From a bacterium (GTDB lineage: Bacteria > SAR324 > NAC60-12), in the NCBI GenBank assembly GCA_965205865.1, contig CBDBHR010000026.1, positions 128,001-192,000 on the forward strand: 64,000 nt of DNA, written 5' to 3'. Below, piece by piece: positions 30,782 to 41,443 of this stretch (positions within the stretch are counted from its first letter, which is position 1; the number at the start of each line of letters is the position of its first letter). The notes beneath the pieces are model-generated. The model was not told the DNA's origin. It ran no database searches and was given only the letters and a program-made list of their open reading frames with translations. Position numbers and translations under genes: made by a program.

Positions 30782-31056
30782 CAAAGCGGTAGAGCGGACC
30801 TGGGAATATACACTTTTTTCCAAGTTTATCAACACGTTGAAAGTTCATTGCCTTTACTAAGGAACAAACCTAAAATAAACTGTAATTCTTCCAATGGTGT
30901 GAGCAAAATTGGGAGACATGTACACCGCTGCGCATCCCAACTCACTGTTTTATGCCTGTTGTTACGTGTACCTTAATTTTGCGTATCCAGACTTCCAACT
31001 TATTTAAATTTCATTCCTAAGTAGAGTTCCCAGGCCGCTCACTTTCAACGTTATGC
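30776..31056 (+). other. Long attC-like site, copy 2
   Basis: Matches 23809-24089. Confidence 0.65.
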
Positions 31057-31251
31057 ATTGAGACATGGACTAGCATGGGGCGAAGGTGAATAGACGGGAG
31101 AATGGATGAGTGAAGCACAAAAGATTGATAGCATCACACATGAAGCCTCCTGTAAGGATGGCATAGGACTTGACATCTTCCGGGGGAGGCCATAGCATGG
31201 AGTGCATTCTTTAGAAGAATCGGTTTAAAACAGTGTGATAAGGAGGACCTA

Positions 31252-32286
31252 ATGGCAAATATCAGCATGGAAAAAGAGGGATTGATCGATGGCATGCCTC
31301 GGGATGAACGGGGATTCTGGCACCCTGACAGAGGGACAGGCCCACCCAGTCCTTTGTTTGCCTGGCCACCCAAGCCGGTCGAGGCTTTCAAATACCTGTT
31401 TCGTTTCCCAGGTTACCTGTATCCGTGGAATATGATCTATTTTTGCATCGCCACGTGCACGTGGCTCTACTTCCAGCCGGCCTTGTCCCGCTGTGTCACC
31501 TTCCAACTCGACTGGATCCTGGAGATGTTTGTCCGCAACCTCGTGCTGCTGGTCGTCATCTATAGTGCCTGGCACTACTGGCTCTGGTCGCGTAAGTCTC
31601 AGGGGCGTCAGTACAAATACAACGCCGAGTGGCTGGAGACGGGAAATCGTAAGTTCCTCTGGGGGGACCAGCTGCGCGACAACATCTTCTGGTGTTGTGT
31701 CAGCGCTGTTCCGATCTGGACGGCTTATGAAGTGCTGATGATGTGGGCCTACGCCAACGAGCTGCTGCCCTACATCGATCCACGAGAAAATCCGGTCTAC
31801 TTTATCGTGCTGCTTGTCTGCATGCCCATGATTCGGATCTTCCACTTCTACTGGTTCCATCGTCTCTTGCACTGGCCCCCCCTCTTCAAAAGGATACACT
31901 ACCTCCATCACAAAAACATCAACGTCGGGCCCTGGTCCGGTCTGGCCATGCATCCGATTGAGCACCTGATTGTCTTCAGCAGTGTGCTGATTCACTGGAT
32001 CGTGCCCTCGCATCCCATCCACATGCTGATGAACACCCAACACAACGCGCTTTCCCCGCCTCAAGGGCATCTCGGGTTCCAGCAGCTGGTCCTCAAGGGA
32101 AACCTCCGGATCCCCGGTGCCAGCAGTTATTTCCATCATCTGCATCACCGCTACTTCGAGTGCAACTACGGGGAACCCATGATGCCGCTGGATCATTGGT
32201 TCGGGACCTATCACAATGGCTCTCCCGAGGCCCACGAAGCGATCCTGAAGAAGCAAGCCCAGAAAAACATGAGGTACAGTGCCTAG
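31252..32286 (+). CDS. Sterol desaturase / fatty-acid hydroxylase superfamily protein (copy 2)
   Basis: Protein identical to copy 1. Confidence 0.92.
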   Translation: MANISMEKEGLIDGMPRDERGFWHPDRGTGPPSPLFAWPPKPVEAFKYLFRFPGYLYPWNMIYFCIATCTWLYFQPALSRCVTFQLDWILEMFVRNLVLLVVIYSAWHYWLWSRKSQGRQYKYNAEWLETGNRKFLWGDQLRDNIFWCCVSAVPIWTAYEVLMMWAYANELLPYIDPRENPVYFIVLLVCMPMIRIFHFYWFHRLLHWPPLFKRIHYLHHKNINVGPWSGLAMHPIEHLIVFSSVLIHWIVPSHPIHMLMNTQHNALSPPQGHLGFQQLVLKGNLRIPGASSYFHHLHHRYFECNYGEPMMPLDHWFGTYHNGSPEAHEAILKKQAQKNMRYSA

Positions 32287-32338
32287 AATGCAATAGCTAA
32301 CTGAAATGGATGTTTGACTACGGGCTCCTTTTGTCCGC

Positions 32339-33310
32339 TTACCAGTTGAAAGGGTTGATCAGTCGGGCCAGGAAGCCTCGTTTGCGTTTCCTCTTTGCAG
32401 CGCCATAACTGCCCTGACCGCCCCGCAGCCGTGGATCGAGCAGGTCCCTCACCGCGTCGCCGAACATGTTTAGACTGTAAACGACAATCGTCAGACAAAG
32501 CCCCGGCCAGAGCGCCAGCCGGGGCGCCTGCTCCATGTAGCGACGCCCTTCACTGCTGAGCATAGCACCCCAGTCAGGAATCTTGGGTGGCAGACCGAAT
32601 CCCAGGAAGCTCAGAGAGGCCGCAGAGATAATCACCCCCCCGATGTTGATGCTGAAGATGATGATGACGGGCGCTACAATATTGGGCAGCACATGTCGTA
32701 AGAGGATTTGGCGCGTGGGGGTGCCCACGGCCCGGGCGGCCAGAAAATAATCATTCTCCTTAATGCCGATCACGGCGCCTCGGAGTACTCTTGAGCCGGC
32801 GATGCCTCCTGTTACCCCCAGAACCAGTATTATCTGTAACAGACCCTGTCCCACTATGGATATTATGGTCAACAAGAGCAGCAGTCCCGGGAAAGACATC
32901 CAGGCATCGACAAATCTCTGCACAGCCAGGTCAAATTTACCACCAAAGAATCCGGCAGTGCCGCCTATCAGGACGGCGACGACAACATTAAGACTGGTCG
33001 CGGTCAGACCGACAAGTAACGAAAGACGAGCCCCGTAGATCAGGCGGCTCAAGAGGTCTCGCCCCAACTGGTCGGTACCCAGCAGATACCGGGCTGATGG
33101 GGCTTTCAGTATGTCTGCCAGGTGTACTTCATCATATGAATAAGGAGCCAGAACATCGGCGAAGATAGCCACCAGAATCAATATCAATAGGATAATCCCG
33201 CAGGCAGCACCCAGTGGCTTCTCCTTGACCAGCCTGATAAAGAAATCGGCCAGCCCGGCACGTCTTTTTGGCTCACTTACTGGTGACGGTATCCCCATGG
33301 CTTCACTCAT
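32339..33310 (-). CDS. ABC permease (DppC-like)
   Basis: Intact paralog. Confidence 0.93.
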   Translation of the reverse strand: MSEAMGIPSPVSEPKRRAGLADFFIRLVKEKPLGAACGIILLILILVAIFADVLAPYSYDEVHLADILKAPSARYLLGTDQLGRDLLSRLIYGARLSLLVGLTATSLNVVVAVLIGGTAGFFGGKFDLAVQRFVDAWMSFPGLLLLLTIISIVGQGLLQIILVLGVTGGIAGSRVLRGAVIGIKENDYFLAARAVGTPTRQILLRHVLPNIVAPVIIIFSINIGGVIISAASLSFLGFGLPPKIPDWGAMLSSEGRRYMEQAPRLALWPGLCLTIVVYSLNMFGDAVRDLLDPRLRGGQGSYGAAKRKRKRGFLARLINPFNW

Positions 33311-33326
33311 ATTCTCGATTTCCCCT

Positions 33327-34322
33327 TTATCTATAACGGACCCTGGGGTCTAAATAAGGATAAATTAGGTCGATAATTAGATTGATCCCCATAACTGCGG
33401 TGGCGAAAACCAGGTTTATTCCGGAGACCACCGGGTAGTCTCTGTCAACGAGGGCAGTCACCATGAGACGACCTAGCCCCGGCAGGTTAAATATGTTCTC
33501 TATGATAACGGCGCCGCCTATCAGGATAGGCAACTGCAGGCCGATCAGGGTAACTACCGGGATGAATGCATTCTTGATGGCGTGTCTCATAACAACGACC
33601 CTCTCCTTGAGACCCTTGGACCAGGCCGTCCGGATATAGTCTTGCCTGAGTACCTCCAGCATCATGGTGCGCATCATCCGCATGGTGGCTGCAGTAAGAG
33701 CTGTCCCCAGAATCAGGCTGGGAATGAGGAACACCCCGAGATTCCCCAGCGGGTCTTCCGTGAAAGAAATCAGCACCACCGGCGGCGCCCAGCCCCACCA
33801 GATTGCCGGGTATATCATGACCATAATTCCCAGCCAGAAGTTAGGCGTGGCCAGGCCGATGACGGCGATGGAGCGCCCCGCGTAGTCGGCGGCCGTATCC
33901 TGGCGAATCGCCGAGTAGATGCCGACCGGCAGGGCGATCACTAGCCCGATTACGATTGCCAGGAGGCCAAGCTCAATGGTTACTGGCAATCTACCTATTA
34001 TCTTATCCTCTACCGTCCAGCCGGCAAGCAGTGAGTTGCCAAGGGTGCCCTGGAGGAGACCGTTAAAGTGGGACTCACCGGTAACCCAGTCAGGGGTCCG
34101 CAACACTCCTAGCCAGCGTCCATACTGCACGTAGACAGGCACGTCTAATCCCAGCATACGCTCAAGAGCTTCACGGTCAACCTCACCAAAGAATTCGTGC
34201 TTAGCCACCATTGTGTCTATTACATCGCCGGGGATGAAGCGGACCGAGAGAAAGATCAGGATGGTCAAGATAAACAGGGTGGGGATTATCAGCAATAACC
34301 GCCTGATGATATAGGCTTTCAT
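33327..34322 (-). CDS. ABC permease (DppB-like)
   Basis: Intact paralog. Confidence 0.93.
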   Translation of the reverse strand: MKAYIIRRLLLIIPTLFILTILIFLSVRFIPGDVIDTMVAKHEFFGEVDREALERMLGLDVPVYVQYGRWLGVLRTPDWVTGESHFNGLLQGTLGNSLLAGWTVEDKIIGRLPVTIELGLLAIVIGLVIALPVGIYSAIRQDTAADYAGRSIAVIGLATPNFWLGIMVMIYPAIWWGWAPPVVLISFTEDPLGNLGVFLIPSLILGTALTAATMRMMRTMMLEVLRQDYIRTAWSKGLKERVVVMRHAIKNAFIPVVTLIGLQLPILIGGAVIIENIFNLPGLGRLMVTALVDRDYPVVSGINLVFATAVMGINLIIDLIYPYLDPRVRYR

Positions 34323-34327
34323 AAACC

Positions 34328-36337
34328 CTAATGCCCCATTTCTTTCTTCAGCTCACTATCAATCCAGAGGCGGGCGAACAGGGCCTTACGGTCATCCCGT
34401 CCTAACATTAATTCACCGTTATAGCCTATGAGCCACGGCTGGATGGCGATAAACCTTGGATCTATAGGACCCCATACATACAGGTGGTTCTTTATAAGCC
34501 ACATATCTGTCTCTTTAACCGCCTTCTGCTGCTCCTCAAGGGTGGTAGCGTCTCGGGCGGCTTCATACAGGAGGTCGTATTCGGGATCGTTGAGGTTCGA
34601 GGGGTTCCTGTAGCCTCCTGAGTAATACCATTCAAGCGGGAGGAGAGGGCCATAAGGGTCGTTGCCAGCAATCGAAGTGACCATATCTCCGTAAGTATGT
34701 TCACGTTCAGCAGCCAGATGAGTACTTCGGTCCCTTACGGTAATGTCTACATCAACGCCAATGTCAGCCCAGTAGGCGGCAGCTAATTGTGTATAGTCTA
34801 AAAGGAAGAACTCGTAGTGTCCCAGGGCGACCTTAAATCTCGTGCCGTCCGGGCCACGCGGATATCCAGCCTCATCAAGCAACGCTGCTGCCCCTTCCGG
34901 GTCATACATATAGGTTTTCTTGACCTCTTCGGGCCACTCTTCAAATGGGGTGTTATACCCTTTGACGCCATCCCCTATTATGCCCTGAGGTTTCCACTTG
35001 GCAAAACCCTTAAAGAAGGTATTGTTAATCGTCTCAAGGTCCAGTGCCATCTGCATTGCCTGGCGCACCCTGACGTCGGTAAAGGGCGGCCTCTCCTCGC
35101 CTCCGCCCATGTTAAAACCAAAAGCACTTTCCGACCGATACGCCCATGGGTACCATTCGATTTCGGGGTTGGTCCGGCTGAGGCTCTCTCTGTCCTTGAT
35201 ATAGAGCGATTCAGCGGCGCCAGCGAGACCTACGTAATCAAACTTACCCGTGCGCAGTGTCGCCAGAATTGTTGCGTCTTCTGTCATAATCAGGCCCCTT
35301 AACTGGTCAATATAGGGGAGGCGGTTCTCCGGATATTTTTCGTCGAAGCCCCAGTAGTCAGGATTCTTTTCCCAGGTCATAGAGCTGCCGTCGACCCAGT
35401 CAGTCAGCATATAGGGCCCGGTGCCGACCAGGTTCCTCCAATCCTTAACGTGGCCGTGTTCCTTGATTACCTCAGGGGGCATCATAAAAACAGGCCAGTC
35501 GCCGATGGTAGTCTGAGTCACCGACCCCCCGACCTGTGGCTGCTTCAGCTTAACAACAACCGTCCATTTGTCGGTGGCTTCTACCGATTCGAATATTGTC
35601 ATTTTGGCGAGTGAGCCAGCATAGCCTGCAGGCGGTTCGGTGAAGCCGCTGCCCAGACCCAAATAGCGGTGATAGTTGTATTCGACATCATAGGCATCAA
35701 ATTCTCGACTGTTCATTGGTGCCTTATTATGCCAGTGAACGCCCTGGCGGATGTGGAAGACTATCGTTGTGGCGTCGGGCATTTCCCAGCTTTCCGCCAG
35801 GTGACCTTTATAGACAGAGAAAGGGAAGGAGAAACCTGTGAAGTCCCATTCGCCCCTATCTATTCCCCAGTTCATGATGCCTAGCTTCTCTGCAACACCA
35901 TCGGCGCCCCTTGACGACCCAGCGCCGAAGGCGGGGTCAGCACTCGGAGGCTCAATCTTCATGACGAAGGTCAGTGTCCCGCCATACTCCGGCGCGCTCA
36001 CCATCTTGCCGGTGGATGGATCTTTGACCATTTCGGCTGCCCAGACCTGGCCAGCCATGAAGACGCTTGCTCCCAGGATGAGAGCCAGCAGGGTTGTGCT
36101 CAAGGTTGAGCTGCTTTTTTGATTAAACATACGAGATTCTCGTTTTGGATGTTTAAAAATATTAAGGATTGATTTGAAACCTGCTTCCATTCCCGAAAGC
36201 ACGTTCTCGACGAGTCCTCTACTTTTTTGACGGTTCATGGTGCTCCTTTCTGCTTTTTGATTAAAAACAAGATTGCGGGTTGCTTTGAAAACTGCTTTCA
36301 TTACCGAAAGTACGTTATCGACGATTTCTCTACACAT
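34328..36337 (-). CDS. ABC solute-binding protein family 5 (start uncertain)
   Basis: Leader identical to 27294-29285 up to PEYGGTLT, divergent afterwards. Confidence 0.92.
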   Translation of the reverse strand: MCREIVDNVLSVMKAVFKATRNLVFNQKAERSTMNRQKSRGLVENVLSGMEAGFKSILNIFKHPKRESRMFNQKSSSTLSTTLLALILGASVFMAGQVWAAEMVKDPSTGKMVSAPEYGGTLTFVMKIEPPSADPAFGAGSSRGADGVAEKLGIMNWGIDRGEWDFTGFSFPFSVYKGHLAESWEMPDATTIVFHIRQGVHWHNKAPMNSREFDAYDVEYNYHRYLGLGSGFTEPPAGYAGSLAKMTIFESVEATDKWTVVVKLKQPQVGGSVTQTTIGDWPVFMMPPEVIKEHGHVKDWRNLVGTGPYMLTDWVDGSSMTWEKNPDYWGFDEKYPENRLPYIDQLRGLIMTEDATILATLRTGKFDYVGLAGAAESLYIKDRESLSRTNPEIEWYPWAYRSESAFGFNMGGGEERPPFTDVRVRQAMQMALDLETINNTFFKGFAKWKPQGIIGDGVKGYNTPFEEWPEEVKKTYMYDPEGAAALLDEAGYPRGPDGTRFKVALGHYEFFLLDYTQLAAAYWADIGVDVDITVRDRSTHLAAEREHTYGDMVTSIAGNDPYGPLLPLEWYYSGGYRNPSNLNDPEYDLLYEAARDATTLEEQQKAVKETDMWLIKNHLYVWGPIDPRFIAIQPWLIGYNGELMLGRDDRKALFARLWIDSELKKEMGH

Positions 36338-36930
36338 TGGGTCTCCTTCATTTTGGAGTGATCAAAAAACCGATTCATTGGCTCCAGGATTGGGCAATGA
36401 ACCATAAACCGACGCACTCAGGCGTCAATGATTTTCCAAATTCCCCATTGCCCTTTCGTTCCTGGAATTTGGAACGTGGGACTTGGAACTTGGAACAAGG
36501 ACTTAAGGATCTCTCCCTGATGTCGAGATAATATAAGGGGGTAGAACTTGGGATTGGTGACTTGTTGCTTGGAACTAATTACTGGGAACTGGGAACTGGG
36601 AACTGGGCGTTTAAGCTTACTCTCATATCCAAAGCTTACTCTCATATCCACCTCATTATCAAGATTTTTTATACTTGAAACGGGTTAATTTCAGACTTTC
36701 ATGTCATCCTGACGGTTCGCCGAGCAGCAAAGTGAAGGATCGCGTTATTGCCCTTCTATTCCTGGAATAAAATATTGTATAATCGCTCTGCAAATGTATC
36801 AAGATTTTTTTAAATATGGCGACTCATTCATTCATGAGTGTATTCTTATGATCAACGAAAATACTTTTTCATATAGAGATACAGAAGTCAACATTTTTGA
36901 CACTTTTCAATTCCCAGTTGACCGTTTTTA

Positions 36931-37077
36931 TACTGTGAACGGATGATTTCTTCATTTTTTGTCATCCTGAGGGAACCGAAGAATCTTCTTGATTCCCATG
37001 AGATTCTTGCTTAGGCAGCCCCCTTAGCTCGGAATGACAGTTCTTTTGAAAAGTGAAATTTAAACCCGTTTAGAGTA
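36931..37077. mobile_element. MITE copy 3 (TA-flanked)
   Basis: Matches copy 2. Confidence 0.85.
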
Positions 37078-37555
37078 TAACAATCTTCTGGGGATGATAT
37101 GAGGTTCGACATGACTTTCGGCTAAATAAGTAGCGAAATTGAAATAAAACCTTCAGCCCAAGGCGATTTCTTGAAAACTATCACAAAAGAAACCGAAAGT
37201 CCAGCAGAATTTCTTAAAAACCTTCAACCCAGGGCATTTTTGTTGAAAATTATCACAAAAGCAAACGAAAGACCAGCTTAATAGAGTGCTAATAATTTGT
37301 CAACCATATTTTTTTCAATCGCTGGGAACCGATTATTAGCACTCTATTAAAATGAGTGCTACCATTAAACAATAATTGATCAAGCCCGCATGAAAGCGGT
37401 CCGATGAATCCCCAGAAATGGACAGAAAAGGCCTGAGAGGCGGTAGAACGAGCCGATGCATTGGCAATCGGCAGGAATCCTACCGCAATGCTTTCGTTGC
37501 CTCTTCTCTGGGCATTAATGGAACTAAAGGGTGGCTTAATTCCCCAGATTTTCTC

Positions 37556-37810
37556 ATGAGCACAACAACTGTCATTAATCCAGAGGCATTGTCGCTTCTT
37601 CGTGAAGGGTGGAGATTATTAGTTGACCAATTAGGGATTCAGAAGGCCACCCGGTTCGTCATGTTACTTGAACGTGGACAAGGAGATTCCGTCAAGGAAA
37701 TTGCCGAATATTGGGGTAATATGAGTATTGAAGAAATTCATCAACAGGTGATGAATTGGAAGAGCCAACGCTCAGAAGAAACCTTGTCTCGTGGAGCGAA
37801 AACCTGCTAA
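37556..37810 (+). CDS. Small hypothetical protein, copy 3
   Basis: Same protein; the intron inserts at its stop codon. Confidence 0.6.
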   Translation: MSTTTVINPEALSLLREGWRLLVDQLGIQKATRFVMLLERGQGDSVKEIAEYWGNMSIEEIHQQVMNWKSQRSEETLSRGAKTC

Positions 37811-39759
37811 TCGGGATAGGAAGGGGGTTTTCTCCCCTCCCTCCCACAGCACCACTCATACGGGTCCGTAAGTGGCGCCTCGCCTACTATCAGGTAGAGG
37901 TATCTAAACGATACCAAGTGTCTACCGCGCCTTGGCGGGGTAATGAATCTTAATCCATAGATCACGCAAAGAAACCATTCCCTGTTTAGCAAGAAAGTCA
38001 TCTGATAAGCCCCAGTTGGTTGCTTGCGTCCGAGAGAGTCGCCAGTATCCTTTTCGGCTGAGGCCAATACTAATGGACAGCTTTACAGGAACTTCCAGCT
38101 TGATCAACTCTCGAATTTTCGTACGAGGTTTCCTCCATTGTTTGATGTAGGCCATACGAAGCCGTCTTCGAAGCCATCCTTCCATCTCCACGATAGTATT
38201 GTACAACATACCGCATCCATAGTGCCCCATCCAACCCCTGGCATATTCTGCCAGACGTTGAAAGCGGCCCTCCATGGCAATCCCCGAGCAACGACGTGAG
38301 ATTTTACGAAGTTCAGATTTGAACTTTCCTATCTTTGGGTCGATGCTTCGGAGCTTCTTTCGATGGATTTGGAATCCGAGAACGGAACCCCCTTTGACTT
38401 TGCAGATGCTACTCTTCCGAGTGTTGACCTTTACCTTGAGAGTCTCCTCCAGATATCGGCTCGTACTCATCATGACTCGCTTGGCCGCTCGTACTGATTT
38501 GACAAAAATTGCCAAATCATCTGCATAGCGGACAAACTTAAGCCCTCGCTTTTCCAGCTCCTTATCAAGATCATCCAACAAGATATTACTCAATATTGGA
38601 GAGACCGGAGATCCCTGTGGAACCCCTTTTCTTGTAGCGTTCAGTCTTCCGTCTACCATGACACCTGCCCGTAGGAAGGTTCCAATCAAACGGAGAATCC
38701 CTTTGTCCTTTATCTGAAGAGAAACACGGTTCATCAATATGTCATGATTGACCGTATCGAAAAACTTTTCCAGATCCGGATTGATCTGGTATCCGTACCC
38801 CTTCTGATAGTAACATTGGGCTTGACGTGCGGCATCCTGTACCGATCGCCCTGGCCGAAAGCCGAAGCTGGATTCAGAAAATAAAGGTTCAAACACCGAT
38901 GTCAACACCCAAGCGATTGCCTGCATAATGACTCGTTCCATTACAGCTGGAATACCAAGCTTTCGCACACCGTCTCCTGAGTCCTTTGGAATTTCAACTC
39001 GCAGAACTGGACGAGGTTTAAATTCCCCCTTCAGCAATTGCTCTTTGAAACCTTCCCATCTGTGTTTTACCCATTTTGGATACCTTTCAATCGATATATT
39101 GTCGATTCCCGGTTTTCCTTTATTGGATCTTACCTTTTTCCATGCGCGAATCATGCTCTCTCGTGAGACAACATACTCCACGGATGTTTGATTGACAGAC
39201 GGTTCTTCTGCGACGTGCCCATTTCCAACTCCTCGGTTCGAGGATAATTGAGAAACAGAACTCACAAATACCTCCCTGTCCACACTGCGCTCAGGCCTTC
39301 TAACTCATAAATGAGATTTTCACGCCCTCGGCTGACTTCTGCATCATCACCTTCGATGTTACCACCAAAGGCGCTGAATTCCATTGAAACCAAGAGGAGT
39401 GTGTCCCGTTTTCCACGGTCTTCTAGTCTCTTGGTTCCCCCGGCATTCCGCATGTAAAGCAGATCTCCCCGGGTAAGAGCATGAACTTTCCCTACACAAT
39501 CGCAGCATTTACCATCCTCCTTAATCCGAGTGGACATCGCAATGTTGTGCTTGCTCGCCCCGAAGTTCAGCCTTATATGCTGTTTCTGTCCGTCGACTCG
39601 TAGGTTTGCGCTTAGGCTTCCTCCGCACGGCTCGTCACCTCCCCGCACTTGCCCTCGGCTAGTACTTTTTAAAGTTGTAATCATAAGCTGACTAGTATAC
39701 TTTTCGGATAATGTACAGGGAACTCACACCCCATAAGTTCATGCCCATACCGGGCACAC
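37810..39759 (-). mobile_element. Group IIC intron inserted in an attC site (IIC-attC type)
   Basis: 5' GTGTGCCCGG; short domain V gaggcgccacttacggacccgtatgagtggtgct (CGC triad); 3' ...cctatcccgAT; target TTGT/TAG. Confidence 0.9.
37922..39283 (-). CDS. ltrA: Group II intron reverse transcriptase/maturase without endonuclease domain
   Basis: VRSNKGKPGID, RKLGIP, SFGFRPGRS, DLEKFFD, GVPQGSPVSP, RYADD; X domain RRRLR. Confidence 0.95.
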   Translation of the reverse strand: MDREVFVSSVSQLSSNRGVGNGHVAEEPSVNQTSVEYVVSRESMIRAWKKVRSNKGKPGIDNISIERYPKWVKHRWEGFKEQLLKGEFKPRPVLRVEIPKDSGDGVRKLGIPAVMERVIMQAIAWVLTSVFEPLFSESSFGFRPGRSVQDAARQAQCYYQKGYGYQINPDLEKFFDTVNHDILMNRVSLQIKDKGILRLIGTFLRAGVMVDGRLNATRKGVPQGSPVSPILSNILLDDLDKELEKRGLKFVRYADDLAIFVKSVRAAKRVMMSTSRYLEETLKVKVNTRKSSICKVKGGSVLGFQIHRKKLRSIDPKIGKFKSELRKISRRCSGIAMEGRFQRLAEYARGWMGHYGCGMLYNTIVEMEGWLRRRLRMAYIKQWRKPRTKIRELIKLEVPVKLSISIGLSRKGYWRLSRTQATNWGLSDDFLAKQGMVSLRDLWIKIHYPAKAR

Positions 39760-39877
39760 ACAAGCCGCATGCAGCAGTCGTCCACTACTCACTTTGACTC
39801 CGTGGATTGAGTAAAGTTTTACCGTCATCGTCGCAGTGTTTTGTTTGTGGACGCTGCTGATGACTTAATTGTTGTTG
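39760..39877 (+). other. attC-like site, remainder after the intron
   Basis: (ta)acaagccgcatgcagcagtcgtccac / gtggacg-ctgctg-atg...gtt. Confidence 0.65.
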
Positions 39878-39969
39878 TTCGCATCGCCAAGAATCAAGGT
39901 CACACTTGCGAAATTTCAACATTGAGTCTATATTAGCAACAATGGTAGATATCATAAATAGGCACGAAA

Positions 39970-40191
39970 GTGACTGACCATCCGAACAAGCATATCCGCG
40001 AAGCACTTCGATACGCAAAACAGCACGGCTGGATTGTGAAGAAATCTGGTCCACGCGCCCATGCTTGGGGCGTGATTTACTGCAGATTCGGGCACCGAGA
40101 ATGCTGGATGGCCGTCTACTCCACACCTAAGAACCTGGAGAACCATGGTCGCGATATCCGCGGAACAGTCGACCGGTGCCGAGGCACGTAA
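39970..40191 (+). CDS. Small protein, possible HicA-like toxin
   Basis: HPNKHIREALRYAKQHGW.V....AHAWG...VYSTPKN; fold assignment is inference. Confidence 0.55.
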   Translation: MTDHPNKHIREALRYAKQHGWIVKKSGPRAHAWGVIYCRFGHRECWMAVYSTPKNLENHGRDIRGTVDRCRGT

Positions 40192-40206
40192 TTGGAGACT
40201 TCAAAA

Positions 40207-40464
40207 ATGACTGAGTACCACTTCAGTGTAATCGTGAAAGTATCCGAGATGACCCATGAGGAAATTCTCGACGTCGCAGACAGGTTCGGTAACGCAGGTT
40301 GTACTGATGCGTCTATTCGGGGACACCGAGATGGCGTTGAATTGCTTTTCAGTCGTCTATCTGATTCTTTGCAGTCGGCTATAATTTCGGCGATTACCGA
40401 TATCGAGAGAGTCGGCTATCGCGTTTCACACATCGAGATGGTGCGTGAGGCCGTCTGCGCTTAA
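40207..40464 (+). CDS. Small protein, possible cognate antitoxin
   Basis: YHFSV..AGCTDA..LLFSR..SLQSAIISAITDIE; RBS ggag; follows 39970-40191. Confidence 0.55.
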   Translation: MTEYHFSVIVKVSEMTHEEILDVADRFGNAGCTDASIRGHRDGVELLFSRLSDSLQSAIISAITDIERVGYRVSHIEMVREAVCA

Positions 40465-40507
40465 ACCGTTTGCAGCATCGGGTAGGCAGCGGTTTTTTGA
40501 CCCCTTT

Positions 40508-41443
40508 CTACCAATTGAAAGGGGAGAGGAGCCGGGCCAGGAGACCTCGTTTGCGTTTCCGCTTCGTGGCACCGTAACTGCCCTGGCCCCCTTTTAATCG
40601 GGGATCCAGCAGGTCCCTGAGGGCATCACCGAACATGTTGAGGCTGTAGAGGGTAATCGTCAGGCAAAGCCCCGGCCAGAGCGCCAGCTGTGGGGCTAAT
40701 TCCATGTACTGACGCCCTTCTCGGCTGAACATCCCGCCCCAGCTGGGCACCTTGATGGGTAGACCAAATCCGAGGAAGCTCAGCGAAGCCTCCGCCATAA
40801 TCACCGCCCCGATGTTGATGGAGAAGATGATGATGACGGGCGCCATAATATTGGGCAGGACATGGCGGACCAGGATTTGGCTTGTGGGGGTGCCCATGGC
40901 CCTGGCGGCCAGAAAATAGTCATTCTCTTTAATACCGATCACAGCGCCTCTAACGACTCGGGAGGCGCCGATGCCTCCGGTGACCCCCAAGACCACAATG
41001 ATCTGGGGCAAACCCCGCCCCACGATGGACATGATGGTCAGAAGGAGCAGCAGTCCCGGGAAGGCCATCCAGGCGTCGATAAAGCGCTGCACCACCAGGT
41101 CCACTTTTCCCCCAAGGAATCCTGAGATGCCGCCGATCAGGACAGCGACCACAAGATTCAGAGTGGTCGCGGACAGACCGACCAGCATGGAAATGCGCGC
41201 CCCGACGATCAGGCGGCTTAATAAGTCTCGCCCTATCTGGTCGGTCCCCAGCAGATACCTGGCTGACGCGCCCTGCAGCCGGTCTCTCAGGTGCATTTCC
41301 GTATAGCGATAGGGAGCCAGAACATCGGCGAAGATCGCCACCAGAATCAAGAGCACTATGATAATCCCACAGGCAATACCCAGCGGCTTCTCCTTGAGAA
41401 GCCTGATGAAGAAATCCGCAAACCTGCCCCGCGCATTATTCAT
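40508..41443 (-). CDS. ABC permease (DppC-like)
   Basis: Intact paralog; start MNNARGR. Confidence 0.92.
   Translation of the reverse strand: MNNARGRFADFFIRLLKEKPLGIACGIIIVLLILVAIFADVLAPYRYTEMHLRDRLQGASARYLLGTDQIGRDLLSRLIVGARISMLVGLSATTLNLVVAVLIGGISGFLGGKVDLVVQRFIDAWMAFPGLLLLLTIMSIVGRGLPQIIVVLGVTGGIGASRVVRGAVIGIKENDYFLAARAMGTPTSQILVRHVLPNIMAPVIIIFSINIGAVIMAEASLSFLGFGLPIKVPSWGGMFSREGRQYMELAPQLALWPGLCLTITLYSLNMFGDALRDLLDPRLKGGQGSYGATKRKRKRGLLARLLSPFNW

Noticed and set aside
37922-39283. RT as a diversity-generating retroelement or retron acting on the SBP variants
   Set aside because: It has group II IEP motifs and lies within clear intron ends with domain V/VI; no TR/VR pair with adenine-specific differences and no msr-msd seen
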